DNA from: Myxococcota bacterium
GTDB taxonomy: Bacteria > Myxococcota_A > UBA796 > UBA2385
Direction of reading: 5' to 3'
Assembly (NCBI GenBank): GCA_044344255.1
Contig: JBIJDH010000001.1
Coordinates: 96,001 to 160,000 of the forward strand
DNA: 64,000 nt
Part shown: positions 47,406 through 59,628 of the stretch, one piece after another
Layout: each line of letters starts with the position of its first letter
Numbering within the stretch: the first letter of the stretch is position 1
Notes under the pieces: model-generated
Database searches by the model: none
Told to the model about the DNA's origin: nothing
Seen by the model: only the letters and a program-made list of their open reading frames with translations
Position numbers and translations under genes: made by a program

Positions 47406-49442
47406 CTACCGGATGGCGGTTCCAGGCGCTACGGGGCTGGTCACGGTGAGCAGCGCGAGGCCGTCGCCGTCGCCTGCCGCGAGCACCATCCCGTGGCTCT
47501 GGATGCCGCGGAGCTTGGCCGGCTTGAGGTTGGCGACGACCACGACGGTCTTGCCGACGAGCTCTTCCGGCGTGAAGCGGGCCGCGATGCCCGCCACGAT
47601 CGTGCGGGGGCTCCCCTCCCCGAGATCCATCTGGAGGACCAGGAGGCGATCGGCCTTCGGGTGGCGATCGGCGGCGAGCACGAGGCCCGCCCGCAGGGCC
47701 ACCTTGCCGAAGGTGTCGAAGTCGATCAGCTCGGGCAGCGGCGCGGGGGCGGCGCTCTCGGCAGGAGCAGCAGGTGCGGAGGTCTCGGACATGGGCTTGG
47801 GCTCGTTCTTCGGGGCGGAGGAGGGGGACGGAGGGGCGGGGCGCTGGGCGGCCTCGGCGGCGGCGGCGGCCTCCGCGCGGGCGATCGCCTCGACGATCAG
47901 CGGGGGGAGGCCGTCCAGTCGGGGGAACAGCGGCTCCCCGAGCGTGAGCGGGGCGCCGACCCGGAGCCCGGCGAGGCCGTCCGCGGCGTGGAGCACGGTC
48001 ACCCGCACGCCGCCGAGGCGCTCCCCGAGCACGGCCGCCTTGGCGGGGCAGAAGGGGGCGAGCAGCAGGGCCGCGACACGACAGATCTCCAGCGCGCGCC
48101 GCATGACGCCGGCGAGGCGCTCGGTCTGCCCGAGGCGGTTGAGCTTCCAGGGCTCTTCGACCTGAAGGTAGTTGTTACCGGCCTTCACGAGCTCCCAGAG
48201 CACCTCGAGGGCCCGCGAGAACTGGACCCCCTGCATCTCGAGCACGAAGCTCGCATAGGTGCGCGCGGCGAGGGCCTCCAGCGCGAGGTCCGCCGCCGAG
48301 GGGCTGTCCAAGGCGGGCACCATGCCCCCGAGCCACTTCTCGGACATCGAGATCGCGCGGTGGGCCAGGTTCCCGAGGTCGTTGGCGAGGTCCGCGTTGA
48401 CGCGGGTGAGGAAGGCTTCGTGCTGGAATTCGCCGTCCCCGCCGAAGGGGAGCTCTCGCAGCAGGAAGTAGCGGACCGCATCCGGGCCGTAGGCGTCGAC
48501 CAGCAGGTTCGGATCCACCACGTTGCCGAAGGACTTGCTCATCTTCGTGCCGGCCACCGTCCACCAGCCGTGGACGTACAGGGTCGTGGCCGGCTCCAGG
48601 CCCAGCGCGAAGAGCATCGTCGACCAGTACACGGCGTGCGGGATCAGGATGTCCTTGCCGATGAGCTGGACGTCGGCGGGCCAACGCTCCGAGAAGGTGC
48701 TGCTGCGCTGCGCTTCGTCGGGGTGGTACCCGATCGCCGTCAAGTAGTTGAGGAGGGCGTCGAACCACACATAGGTGACGTAGTCCGGGGCGAAGGGCAG
48801 CGGGATGCCCCAGGGCAGGCGGACCGCGGGCCGACTGATACAGAGGTCGGTCACCTCCTTCCGGAGGTAGCCGATGACCTCGTTCCGACGAGCCTCCGGG
48901 CGGATGAAGTCCGGGTGGTCACCGATCCAGGCGCGGAGCCGGTCGGCGTACTTCGACATCCGGAAGAAGTAGTTCTGCTCCTTCACCCACTCCACCGCCG
49001 TGCCGGTCTCGGGGCAGCGGCCGTCCACGAGGTCCTTCTCGGTGAAGAAACGCTCGGCCGACTTGCTGTACCAGCCCTCGTAGTCGGCGGCGTAGATGTC
49101 TCCCGCCTCCCACAGCTGCTGGAGGACCGCCTGCACCACGCGCGTGTGGCGCGGCTCGGTCGTGCGGATGAAGTCGCTGGTCTCCACCGCGATTCGGGGC
49201 AGGAGATCGCGGAAGGCGCCCTGGAGACCGTCCACATGCTCGGCGGGGCTGAGGCCCCGGGCCAGGGCGCTCTCATAGACCTTCTGCCCATGCTCGTCCG
49301 TGCCGGTGAGCATCCAGGCGGAGTCCCCCAACATGGCGTGCCATCGTCGCAGCACGTCCGCGGCGATGGAGGTGTACGCGTGACCCATGTGGGGGTTCGC
49401 GTTCACGTAATAGATGGGCGTGGTCACATAGAAAGATGACAC
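47406..49442 (-). CDS. metG: Methionine--tRNA ligase with C-terminal tRNA-binding domain
   Basis: TTPIYY, HMGH, GTDEHG, YVWFDAL, KMSKS; C-terminal ANLKPAKLRG. Confidence 0.97.
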   Translation of the reverse strand: MSSFYVTTPIYYVNANPHMGHAYTSIAADVLRRWHAMLGDSAWMLTGTDEHGQKVYESALARGLSPAEHVDGLQGAFRDLLPRIAVETSDFIRTTEPRHTRVVQAVLQQLWEAGDIYAADYEGWYSKSAERFFTEKDLVDGRCPETGTAVEWVKEQNYFFRMSKYADRLRAWIGDHPDFIRPEARRNEVIGYLRKEVTDLCISRPAVRLPWGIPLPFAPDYVTYVWFDALLNYLTAIGYHPDEAQRSSTFSERWPADVQLIGKDILIPHAVYWSTMLFALGLEPATTLYVHGWWTVAGTKMSKSFGNVVDPNLLVDAYGPDAVRYFLLRELPFGGDGEFQHEAFLTRVNADLANDLGNLAHRAISMSEKWLGGMVPALDSPSAADLALEALAARTYASFVLEMQGVQFSRALEVLWELVKAGNNYLQVEEPWKLNRLGQTERLAGVMRRALEICRVAALLLAPFCPAKAAVLGERLGGVRVTVLHAADGLAGLRVGAPLTLGEPLFPRLDGLPPLIVEAIARAEAAAAAEAAQRPAPPSPSSAPKNEPKPMSETSAPAAPAESAAPAPLPELIDFDTFGKVALRAGLVLAADRHPKADRLLVLQMDLGEGSPRTIVAGIAARFTPEELVGKTVVVVANLKPAKLRGIQSHGMVLAAGDGDGLALLTVTSPVAPGTAIR

Positions 49443-49562
49443 AGCAGACCTCTTCGCCGGAGAGACCGCCCGAGTCGGCGGCCCTCCTTGCTACTCCCCC
49501 GACCCGCCCGGGGCAAGGCGAAGCGCCTTGTCCCCTCCCCCCACCCGCGATACCCAACCGCC

Positions 49563-50498
49563 ATGGTCCAGGCGCTCGGCTACTCCATCGGTGACTTCGA
49601 TCCCAACGACCCCGGGCGGCTCTGTCGCGGGAGGGAGCGTTGGATTGACTCCTACCCGAACGAAGACCGCCTGCTCTTCCACCGCGTCGTCGTCAGCGGC
49701 GCCACCTTCTCCGACGACAGCGCGAGGGACGCCATGCGCGGCCTCGCCTGGTCGGGCGTGACGGGCGGCGAGATCACCCGCACCTTGTTCCCCACGGCGA
49801 ACCTCGTGGCCTGGGCCGAAGACGCCCACCCCCACGCGGTCCCCGCCAAAGCGCAGGGCCTCGAACACTATGTGCTCCGCCGCCCGGGCTCGTCGTTGCG
49901 GCGCTGGGTGACCCGCTGGAGCATGCCCTGCGTGAGCTCGATGGACGTGGACGACGCCATCGCAGGCGGGGCAGACGTCTTCCTGGTCCTCGAAGAGGCA
50001 CCCGCCACCGTCGAGACGCCCATCCCCGCCGAAGACGCGCCCCTCGCCGACGCCGACGCCGAGCCTGCCCGCGCCGGCGGCCTGCCCGAGTCGCTGCGCC
50101 AGGGGCTCTTCTACCTCGTGGGCCAGCGCGTCGAAGGCCCCCCCTCCCGGAACTTCCAGCCCGTCGCGTTGACGCCGCTCTTCCACGAGGCCCGCGCCGT
50201 CGTGCTGCTCCACCAGGACAAGCACGGCCCCTGCATCGGCGTCTACTCCCCGGAGCCCCTCTTCGACGAAGAGATCATCGCGCGGCTCGCGCGGGTCCGT
50301 GGGGCCCTCCCGGTCCCCTTCGCCATCCCCCCGATGCTCGCCCGCTGGGATCGGGCCCTCTGGGAGCTGCGGCAAGACTGGTCTGAGGCGCAGAGCGGAG
50401 AATTCCCGGTGCCCCCCGCGCCCGACACCCGCGGCGGCTGGGGGCGACGGCGCACCAGCGGCGCCGCCCCGGCGCCCGGCGAAGAAGAAGAGGAGTAG
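49563..50498 (+). CDS. Hypothetical protein
   Basis: Coding-like frame from MVQALG; H.DKHG and PFAIPPMLARWDRAL segments. Confidence 0.7.
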   Translation: MVQALGYSIGDFDPNDPGRLCRGRERWIDSYPNEDRLLFHRVVVSGATFSDDSARDAMRGLAWSGVTGGEITRTLFPTANLVAWAEDAHPHAVPAKAQGLEHYVLRRPGSSLRRWVTRWSMPCVSSMDVDDAIAGGADVFLVLEEAPATVETPIPAEDAPLADADAEPARAGGLPESLRQGLFYLVGQRVEGPPSRNFQPVALTPLFHEARAVVLLHQDKHGPCIGVYSPEPLFDEEIIARLARVRGALPVPFAIPPMLARWDRALWELRQDWSEAQSGEFPVPPAPDTRGGWGRRRTSGAAPAPGEEEEE

Positions 50499-50503
50499 CC
50501 CCG

Positions 50504-51379
50504 CTGCGCCTCCCGCGAACGACGGCGTGGCGCACAGCGGCGTGGCGTGCGATCGCGCTGGCGCTCCTGTTGGCGGTGCCCGCGCGCGCGGCCGAGGAGG
50601 ATTGGCTGCGGCTCGACGGCGTCGGCCCCCTCCGCTGGGGTGCCACCGAGGCGCTGGCCGGGGCCAGCCCCCGCTCCCGAGAGCTCTACCTCCCCGACTC
50701 CGCCCCCCTCGGCAACGGCCCCACCGCCCAGCCCACCGATCTCGAGCTCCCCGCTCCCGCCGCGTCCAAGGAGCGCCGCGTGGTCCGCGTCGTCGGCGGG
50801 AGGCTCTCCGACGCCTGGCTGATCCGCGAAGGCCCGATCGACGTCTCCCCCTACGTGTCGCGCGGCGCCCTGCGGTGGAGCGGCGCCGCCCTGGGTCCCG
50901 GAGAGCGCGGCGCGCGGGCCTTCGGCGACGCCACCGCCTGGACCGTCGGAGACCGCAGCGTGCTGTGGTGGCGGGACCGCATCACCCCCCGTGAAATCCT
51001 GGTCAGCCGCTCGATCGCCTCCATCGGCGCGCCCGGCGCCGGGCTGCCCTTGATGGCGCCCTCGTCCCCGTCCTCGCCCCTGTCGAACGACGAGGACGAC
51101 GCCCTCCCGAGCGAGCCCCGGCTCCCCGACCTCCTCTTCAAGGGCGACCTCAAGGCGAGCCTCAAGCCCTGGCGGGGCCCGCTCTCCGCCTGCCTGGAGG
51201 GCGCGGCCACCCCGGCCAAGGTCGACGTGGACCTCATCTTTGACGCCCAGGGGCGCCCCGCGCGGATCCGCGCCGAGAGCGACCACCCGAACCTGCTCCC
51301 CTGCTTCGCCGCCGCGGTCCTCGACAGCCGCGCCGCGGCCGGAGCCTACGGCACCGTCACCGTCATCCGCCTCCGGTGA
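50504..51379 (+). CDS. Exported protein with C-terminal TonB/AgmX-like domain (start CTG 50504 inferred; ORF track gives 50570)
   Basis: Signal peptide AIALALLLAVPARA; C-terminal C...V.V.LIFDAQG...C pattern. Confidence 0.6.
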   Translation: MRLPRTTAWRTAAWRAIALALLLAVPARAAEEDWLRLDGVGPLRWGATEALAGASPRSRELYLPDSAPLGNGPTAQPTDLELPAPAASKERRVVRVVGGRLSDAWLIREGPIDVSPYVSRGALRWSGAALGPGERGARAFGDATAWTVGDRSVLWWRDRITPREILVSRSIASIGAPGAGLPLMAPSSPSSPLSNDEDDALPSEPRLPDLLFKGDLKASLKPWRGPLSACLEGAATPAKVDVDLIFDAQGRPARIRAESDHPNLLPCFAAAVLDSRAAAGAYGTVTVIRLR

Positions 51380-51388
51380 GGCCGGGCC

Positions 51389-51994
51389 TCAGATGACCTG
51401 CGGCTCGTTCGGATCGAAGCCCGCGGGCGCCTTGCCCGGGTTCTGCCGATAAAAGTCCTCGGCCTCGGCGCGGGTGCCGTCCATGAGGTCGACCATGTAG
51501 GCCTTGTCGTGGACCATGTCCTGACGAGAGAAGGCGTTGATCTCGTAGATGCCCGTGTCCATGCGGATGGCGTCCTTCGGGCAGGCCTCGACACAGAAGC
51601 CACAGTAGATGCAGCGCAACATGTCGATCTGGAATTCGACGGGGAACTTCTCGATGGAGTCGTTGCCGTCTTCCCCAGCCTCGATGGTGATGCACCGGGC
51701 GGGGCAGACCTGCGCGCAGCACATGCAGGCCACACACTTCACCTTGCCATCGGGGCGGGTGGTGAGGCGGTGCGCCCCCTTGTACCGCTCGGGCATGACC
51801 TTGCGGACGTCCGGATACTCGATCGTCCGGAACGCATCGTCCTGCTTGAACAGGTTGTTCTTGATGTTGTTCACCACGTGCGACATGGTGATCCAGAGAC
51901 CCTTCAAGATCTCCACGATGTACAGCTTCTGAGCGAAGCCGAAGTCGCGGGGACGACGGTCGATGCTCGTCTCGGTCGGCGTGGGCGAAGCCAT
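51389..51994 (-). CDS. nuoI: NADH-quinone oxidoreductase subunit I
   Basis: CVACMCCAQVCP and CIYCGFCVEACP. Confidence 0.95.
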   Translation of the reverse strand: MASPTPTETSIDRRPRDFGFAQKLYIVEILKGLWITMSHVVNNIKNNLFKQDDAFRTIEYPDVRKVMPERYKGAHRLTTRPDGKVKCVACMCCAQVCPARCITIEAGEDGNDSIEKFPVEFQIDMLRCIYCGFCVEACPKDAIRMDTGIYEINAFSRQDMVHDKAYMVDLMDGTRAEAEDFYRQNPGKAPAGFDPNEPQVI

Positions 51995-52026
51995 GAGGAT
52001 GCCTCCTGGGGGGCGGGGAGCCCCGC

Positions 52027-53367
52027 TCAGGCGAAGAGCTTGTTCTTGACGATGACCCAAACGCCAGCGAGGAAGACGTTACCGACGGCGACCGGCAACA
52101 TCATCCGCCAACCCAGGTTCATGAGCTGGTCATAGCGGAAGCGCGGGATGGTCCAGCGCACCCAGATCATGATCCAGCAGCCGATGAGGGTCTTGACCAC
52201 GAGCACGTTGGTCTGGATGAGGAAGGCCACGATCTCGGGGCCGAGCTGGGACTTGCCGACGATGCCGGAGAGCCCGAGGCCGCCGAGGCCGAGGTGCACG
52301 AGCGCCGCGCCCGCCCAGATCACCGCGAAGACCAACGGCTCCTTCTGACGGGGATCGTTCTTGGCGATCACCTGGTAGAAGTTCCGCTTCCGCCTGCCGA
52401 TCGCGATGACCGAGAACGCGAGGAAGACCGGGACCGCGAGGAAGCCGATCGCCGTGACGATGAGGTCGGAGTGGGCGCGGATGGCCTCGCCGTTCAGGAA
52501 GGGGAAGTTGTATCCCCCGAAGAAGAGCGACGCGGTCACCGCGGAGCCCACCACCATGTGGGCGTACTCCGCCATGAAGAACAGCGCGAAGCGCAGCGAG
52601 CTGTACTCGGTGTGGTAGCCCGCCACGAGCTCGGCCTCACCCTCGGGGAGGTCAAAGGGCATGCGGTTCGTCTCTGCGAACACGCTGGTCCAGAAGAGGA
52701 TGAAGGCCAGCGGGCCGACGATGCCCCCCTGAAACACGCCCCAATGCAAGATGGAGCCGGACTGCGCCGCCACGATGTCCCCGAGCCGCGGCGAGCCGAA
52801 GCACATGAACATCACCACCACCGACAGGCCCATGGACAGCTCGTAGCTGACCATCTGGGCGCTGGCGCGGAGGCCGCCGAGCAGGGCGAACTTGTTGTTG
52901 CTGGCCCAGCCCGCGAGCATCACGCCGTAGACGCCGAGGGAGCCGATGGCCAGGACGTAGAGGAGCCCCCCGTTGATGTCGGCGACCTGCAGCTTGATCT
53001 TGTAAGCCTCCGTGAGGCCCAGCATGCCCGCGGGGAGCGTGAGGTGGTCCCCCCAGGGCACCACCGCGAAGGTCATGAGCGCGACGCTCATCGAGATCAC
53101 GGGGGCCACGAACCAGAAGGTGCGCTCCACCTGCTGGGGGATGATGTCCTCCTTGGTGATCAGCTTGACGACGTCCACCAGGGTGTGGATCAAGCCGCCC
53201 GCCCGCACGCCAAAGATGTCGGCGCGGTTCGGCCCCGGGCGGTCCTGGATGTAGGCCGCCCCCTTCCGCTCGCCCCAGATGAGGAGCGGCACGATGTTCA
53301 TCACGAAGACCACCGCGAACACACACCGCAGGACGGTGACCGCGATCTCGATTGGCTGGACGTCCAT
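52027..53367 (-). CDS. nuoH: NADH-quinone oxidoreductase subunit H (with insertion)
   Basis: ERK..QDRPGPN, AETNRMPFDLPEGE.ELVAG, PRFRYDQLM. Confidence 0.95.
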   Translation of the reverse strand: MDVQPIEIAVTVLRCVFAVVFVMNIVPLLIWGERKGAAYIQDRPGPNRADIFGVRAGGLIHTLVDVVKLITKEDIIPQQVERTFWFVAPVISMSVALMTFAVVPWGDHLTLPAGMLGLTEAYKIKLQVADINGGLLYVLAIGSLGVYGVMLAGWASNNKFALLGGLRASAQMVSYELSMGLSVVVMFMCFGSPRLGDIVAAQSGSILHWGVFQGGIVGPLAFILFWTSVFAETNRMPFDLPEGEAELVAGYHTEYSSLRFALFFMAEYAHMVVGSAVTASLFFGGYNFPFLNGEAIRAHSDLIVTAIGFLAVPVFLAFSVIAIGRRKRNFYQVIAKNDPRQKEPLVFAVIWAGAALVHLGLGGLGLSGIVGKSQLGPEIVAFLIQTNVLVVKTLIGCWIMIWVRWTIPRFRYDQLMNLGWRMMLPVAVGNVFLAGVWVIVKNKLFA

Positions 53368-53389
53368 GGTCGACTTCCGGCTTGAAGGC

Positions 53390-54997
53390 TTAAGCGGGGC
53401 TCTGGCTCGGCTGGTCACCGCCGCCTGCCGAGGCGCCGCCGATCAGGTCGAGGGCACCCGGGTGGATGGACTGACCCTGCGTTCCGAGCGTCTGGTAGCT
53501 CATTCCCGCGAAGGCCGGGACCGCCTCGGCGAGGCGCTTGAAGGCCGCGGCGGCCATCGAGAAGTTGGGGGCGCGTCCGAGCGCCTTGCCGAGCTTCTCC
53601 ATGAGCTGCCAGGCCGGGAGCGAGTCGCCGGAGGGCGGGAAGGCCCGGCGCATCCGCTGCACCCGACCGTTCCGGTTCGTGTAGGTGCCGTCCTGCTCCA
53701 CCGCGTGAGCGGCAGGGAGCACGTATCGGGCGGCGTCGGAGGTCGCGTTCTGCTGGCTGCCCACGTAGATGATGTCCACCTTGGGCATCGATCGACCGAG
53801 GCGGCCGACCACGTCATCCTCGAGGACGAGCAGCACCTGCACCCCGGCCTCGCCGAGGCGCACGAGGTCGCCGGCGCCCCCCGCCTGCCCGTCAAAGCGC
53901 GCCAGCAGCCGCGCGCCTGAGGTGTTCGGGTTCTTGTCTGCGCTCACGAGCAGGGTGTCGCTGTAGGTGGAGGCGCCGGGGTCGTTGCCCTCACAGGCGT
54001 ACAGGGACACGCCGCTCAGGTTGTCTCGGACCACGCGAAGAAGACCCCAGTTGGCCTCGTTGGTGGCCTGAGCGCCGAGCACCGCGCCCACCTTCCCCGA
54101 CCGCAGGGCCGCGACGACCGCGCCGATGGCCTCATCGGTGTCGACCTTTCGACCATCGACCCGCGCACGGAGCAGCCGATTGGCGGCGTTCGCTCCAGAG
54201 GCCATCGCTCGACCGGGATCACACATCCAGGACTTATTGACCGCGTCGTTCCGACGAGGGGTGTAGCGGAAGACGCTCCCACTCTCGTGATGGACGGTGA
54301 TGTTGCAGCCCGTCGCACAACCGGTACAGAGAGAGTCGCCCTCTTTGAGGTACCAGACCCGCTTGGTGAAGCGGAAGTCCTTGTTGGTCAAGGCCCCGAC
54401 CGGACAGATGTCGGCCAACACACCCTGGTATTGGTGCTTCAGCCGTTCGCCGGGAAAGAGGCCGATCTCGGTGTGATCGCCGCGGTTGAAGAGGCGGAGA
54501 TCACCCGTCCCCGTCACCTCGTCCCCGAAGCGCACGCAGCGGGAGCAGGCGACGCAGCGCTCCGCGTCGAGGACGATGTGCTCGCCAATGTCCTGGCGCT
54601 TCGTCTTGTTGACCTTGGCGTCCACCCCACGAGACTCGTAGCCGCCGTGGTCCATGTAGTAGTCCTGCAGCCTGCACTCCCCGGCCTGGTCGCAGATCGG
54701 GCAGTCCAGGGGGTGGTTGACCAGCAGGAACTCCATCACGGACTTGCGCATCTGCTTGACGATCGCGGTGTCGGTGCGGATCGCGAGGCCGTCACGGGCC
54801 TTCATGTTGCAGGCGATGTCCACGCCGCGCCCGCCCGCCTCGATGTCTACGAGGCACATCCGGCAGTTTCCCGCGACCGAGAGGTGCGGGTGGTAGCAGT
54901 AGTGCGGGATCTCGACGCCGGTCTGGCGGGCGGCCTCGATCATGTTGGTCCCTTCCGGGACCTCGACGGAGACGCCGTTGATTTTCACCGTTGGCAT
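53390..54997 (-). CDS. nuoG: NADH-quinone oxidoreductase subunit G (short form)
   Basis: YCYHP..GNCRMC, HPLDCPICDQAGEC, CVACSRC, CPVGAL, CTGCATGC. Confidence 0.93.
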   Translation of the reverse strand: MPTVKINGVSVEVPEGTNMIEAARQTGVEIPHYCYHPHLSVAGNCRMCLVDIEAGGRGVDIACNMKARDGLAIRTDTAIVKQMRKSVMEFLLVNHPLDCPICDQAGECRLQDYYMDHGGYESRGVDAKVNKTKRQDIGEHIVLDAERCVACSRCVRFGDEVTGTGDLRLFNRGDHTEIGLFPGERLKHQYQGVLADICPVGALTNKDFRFTKRVWYLKEGDSLCTGCATGCNITVHHESGSVFRYTPRRNDAVNKSWMCDPGRAMASGANAANRLLRARVDGRKVDTDEAIGAVVAALRSGKVGAVLGAQATNEANWGLLRVVRDNLSGVSLYACEGNDPGASTYSDTLLVSADKNPNTSGARLLARFDGQAGGAGDLVRLGEAGVQVLLVLEDDVVGRLGRSMPKVDIIYVGSQQNATSDAARYVLPAAHAVEQDGTYTNRNGRVQRMRRAFPPSGDSLPAWQLMEKLGKALGRAPNFSMAAAAFKRLAEAVPAFAGMSYQTLGTQGQSIHPGALDLIGGASAGGGDQPSQSPA

Positions 54998-55049
54998 TTT
55001 CTTACCGACAGCATGTTCGGTTGGACATGTCGAGGCGACATGAAGGGCC

Positions 55050-56344
<1,295 letters not shown>

Positions 56345-56369
<25 letters not shown>

Positions 56370-56923
56370 TGATCCGCTTCGGGGCGAGGGGTAGGGAGGG
56401 GGCGGCCGCTGCGCAGTCCGTCCACGATCAGGTCAATGCCCTTCTCGGTGAGCAGCTCGTAGAAGTGCTCGTCGATCTGCATCATCGGCGCGGAGCCACA
56501 CGAGGCCAGGCACTCGACCCGCTCCAGCTTGAAGAGCCCGTCGGGGCTGTGGCCGGTGGCGGGGTCAATCTGCAGCTTCGCCGCGATGTAGTCCACGATC
56601 CGATTCGCGCCACGGAGGGCGCAGGGGAGCGTGTGGCAGACCTGGAGGACGTAGCGCCCCGTCGGCTGCTTCTTCAACATCGTGTAGAAGGAGGCCACCG
56701 ACAGCACGTCGCTCGGCGGCAGGTCCATCGTGAGCGCGACCCGCCGGAGGACGTCCGGTGAGAGCCAGCCCCACTTTCGCTGGGCCATCCACAACACGGG
56801 CAGCAGCGCGGCGCGCCGTTCGGGGTACCGACGGGCGATTTCCTCGATCTCCACGCGCTCCTCGGCGGTCCAATCGACCGGTCCGTGGCTCGTAGCGGGG
56901 GGACCCTTGGAGTGAGAAGCCAT
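56345..56923 (-). CDS. nuoE: NADH-quinone oxidoreductase subunit E
   Basis: VASFY, CHTLPC, ECLASC. Confidence 0.95.
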
Positions 56924-56931
56924 GGAGATTC

Positions 56932-58122
56932 CTAGCGATCCAGCTCGCCAGCGATGATGTTGACCGAGCCAAGGGCCGCGATCGCGTCGGCGAGCATCGC
57001 ACCCTTGATCATCGTGGGGAAGGCCGTGTAGTTGGCAAAGCAGGGGGGGCGAATACGCACACGCCAGGCCTTCGGGCCACCGTCGGAGACGATGTAGAAG
57101 CCGAGCTCCCCATTTCCACCTTCGGTGGCCGAATAAATCTCGCCTCGTGCGGGCGAGACGCCGTGCATCACGATCTTGAAGTGGCTGATGAGGCCCTCCA
57201 TCGTATTGTACACGAGGTCTTTGGCTGGCTTTACGTAGCGGGGGTCATCGAGGATGTGCGGGCCCTCGGGGAGCTTCTCGATGGACTGCATGACCAGCCG
57301 ACGCGACTGCTCCATCTCCTTGAAGCGGAGCGTGATGCGGTCGTAGGTGTCACCGTGAGAGCCCAGGGGCACCTCAAAGTCGTAGGTGTCGTAGCCCCAA
57401 TAGGGCTGCGTCTTGCGGACGTCGTACGGGATGCCGGTGGCGCGCAGACACACGCCGGTCATGCCGTAGCGCAGCGCATCCTGTTGGGAGATCGCGCAGA
57501 CGCCCTGGGTCCGATCGACGAAGATGCGGTTCGTCTCGACCAACCCCTGCACATCAGCGAGGTGGTTCTTGAGATCGGCCATCACGCCGCTCAGCTTCTC
57601 GAGCCAGCCCTCAGGCACGTCCATCGCGACGCCGCCGATGCGAGGGTAATTCACCATCATTCGGGCGCCGCACAGCTCTTCGTACAGATCGTAGATCTTT
57701 TCACGATAGTTGTACAGATACCAGAAGTTGGTGAGCCCGCCGAGGTCGACCATGTTCGCGCCGATGCAGACGCAGTGGTCGATGATGCGCCCCATCTCGC
57801 TGGTCATCACCCGCAGCACTTGGGCGCGCGGCGGAGCCTCGATGCCGAGCATCTGCTCCACGGCGTAGCACCAAGCGTTAGAGTTCAGCACCGGCCCCAT
57901 GTAGTTGAGGCGCTCGGCGTAGGGAACAACGTGCTCATAAAACACGTTCTCCGCCTGCTTCTCGAAGCCGCGATGGAGATAACCGATCTCGAAGCCGCTG
58001 GCGGTGATGGTCTCACCGTCGAGCTCGACCTGAATTCGCAGCGTTCCGTGGGTGACCGGATGGCTGGGCCCGATGTTGATGACGAGGCGCTCAGCGTCGA
58101 TCGGGGAGACGATAGTGCTCAT
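56932..58122 (-). CDS. nuoD: NADH-quinone oxidoreductase subunit D
   Basis: GPSHPVTHG, GYLHRGFEK, GELG, C-terminal GELDR. Confidence 0.96.
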   Translation of the reverse strand: MSTIVSPIDAERLVINIGPSHPVTHGTLRIQVELDGETITASGFEIGYLHRGFEKQAENVFYEHVVPYAERLNYMGPVLNSNAWCYAVEQMLGIEAPPRAQVLRVMTSEMGRIIDHCVCIGANMVDLGGLTNFWYLYNYREKIYDLYEELCGARMMVNYPRIGGVAMDVPEGWLEKLSGVMADLKNHLADVQGLVETNRIFVDRTQGVCAISQQDALRYGMTGVCLRATGIPYDVRKTQPYWGYDTYDFEVPLGSHGDTYDRITLRFKEMEQSRRLVMQSIEKLPEGPHILDDPRYVKPAKDLVYNTMEGLISHFKIVMHGVSPARGEIYSATEGGNGELGFYIVSDGGPKAWRVRIRPPCFANYTAFPTMIKGAMLADAIAALGSVNIIAGELDR

Positions 58123-58643
58123 GCCCACTCCGGATCGTCAGGGATGAGGTTCTCGACGGGCCGGCTGAGGCGCTGCCGCTTGCCGATCGGGTAGTCCTTC
58201 CGGAGAGGGTGGCCCTGGAAGTCCTCATGGTTCAGGATGCGCCGGAGGTTCTTGTGACCGGCGAAGCGCACGCCGTACTGGTCGTAGACCTCGCGCTCCA
58301 TCCAGTTGCAGCCGGGCCACAGCTCGAAGAGTGTGGGGACCTCCACGCCGTCATCCTCCACCGCCACCTTCACCCGGTAGCGGTGGTTGATCGTGTGGGA
58401 GTAGAACTGGTAGACCACCTCGTACCGCCACTCCCGATCGTCGCCGTAGTCCTGGTAATCCACCCCGGCGACGTCCATCAGGATGGTCATCCCGAGCTCA
58501 GGATCGTCGCGGAGATAGGTCGCCACGGCCAAGAGGTCAGCCGGGCGGATCGTGATGGCCTGCTGCCCGCAGGAGTCGGTGACGCTGACGACACGGTCTG
58601 CGAACTTTGCGCGCATCCGTTCGGTGATCTCTGCCTGCTGCAT
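58119..58643 (-). CDS. nuoC: NADH-quinone oxidoreductase subunit C
   Basis: WMEREVYD, LRRIL, GHPLRKDYP. Confidence 0.94.
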   Translation of the reverse strand: MQQAEITERMRAKFADRVVSVTDSCGQQAITIRPADLLAVATYLRDDPELGMTILMDVAGVDYQDYGDDREWRYEVVYQFYSHTINHRYRVKVAVEDDGVEVPTLFELWPGCNWMEREVYDQYGVRFAGHKNLRRILNHEDFQGHPLRKDYPIGKRQRLSRPVENLIPDDPEWA

Positions 58644-58702
58644 CGGTCCTTCCATACGTCGTCCCCGCGTCAGGCGCGGGTCCGGAGGGTGTCTCGGGAG
58701 CC

Positions 58703-59178
<476 letters not shown>

Positions 59179-59188
<10 letters not shown>

Positions 59189-59547
59189 TCGAAGGCCCCC
59201 CGGCGCAGGCAGTAGAACCAACCGAGGAAGAGGGTCCCGAGGAACACGGCCATCTCCCCCAACGCGAAGAGCGCCGCCCCACTCTGAACAAACTTCTGGT
59301 AGACGGAGGACCACGGGAAGAGGAAGACCGCTTCCAAGTCGAACAACAGGAACAGCACCGCGACCATGTAGAACTTGACGCTGAAGCGCTGCTGCGTGCC
59401 ACCGACCGGCGGCATGCCACACTCGTACACCGCCGTCTTGGCGGGGACGGGCCGCTTCGGGCCAAAGTAGAAGCTCAGCCCCACGAAGGCGAGGCTGAAC
59501 ACCACCGCGATGGTGAGCGAGACGAGGATGGGAAAATACGGGTTCAT
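59179..59547 (-). CDS. nuoA: NADH-quinone oxidoreductase subunit A
   Basis: [23 protein letters not shown]. Confidence 0.95.
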
Positions 59548-59628
59548 GGGCCCTCGCCCTACCCCCTCGGCGCCCGCTGGTCAAGGCGGGAGGAGGGCTG
59601 CGGGGCTCCGCCATGCTAACAAGGCGCC

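Noticed and set aside
49000..49080. MetG knuckle with only one Cys
   Set aside because: Zinc-free knuckle variants of MetRS are well known
47394..49439. 681-aa plus-strand ORF
   Set aside because: Antisense mirror of metG
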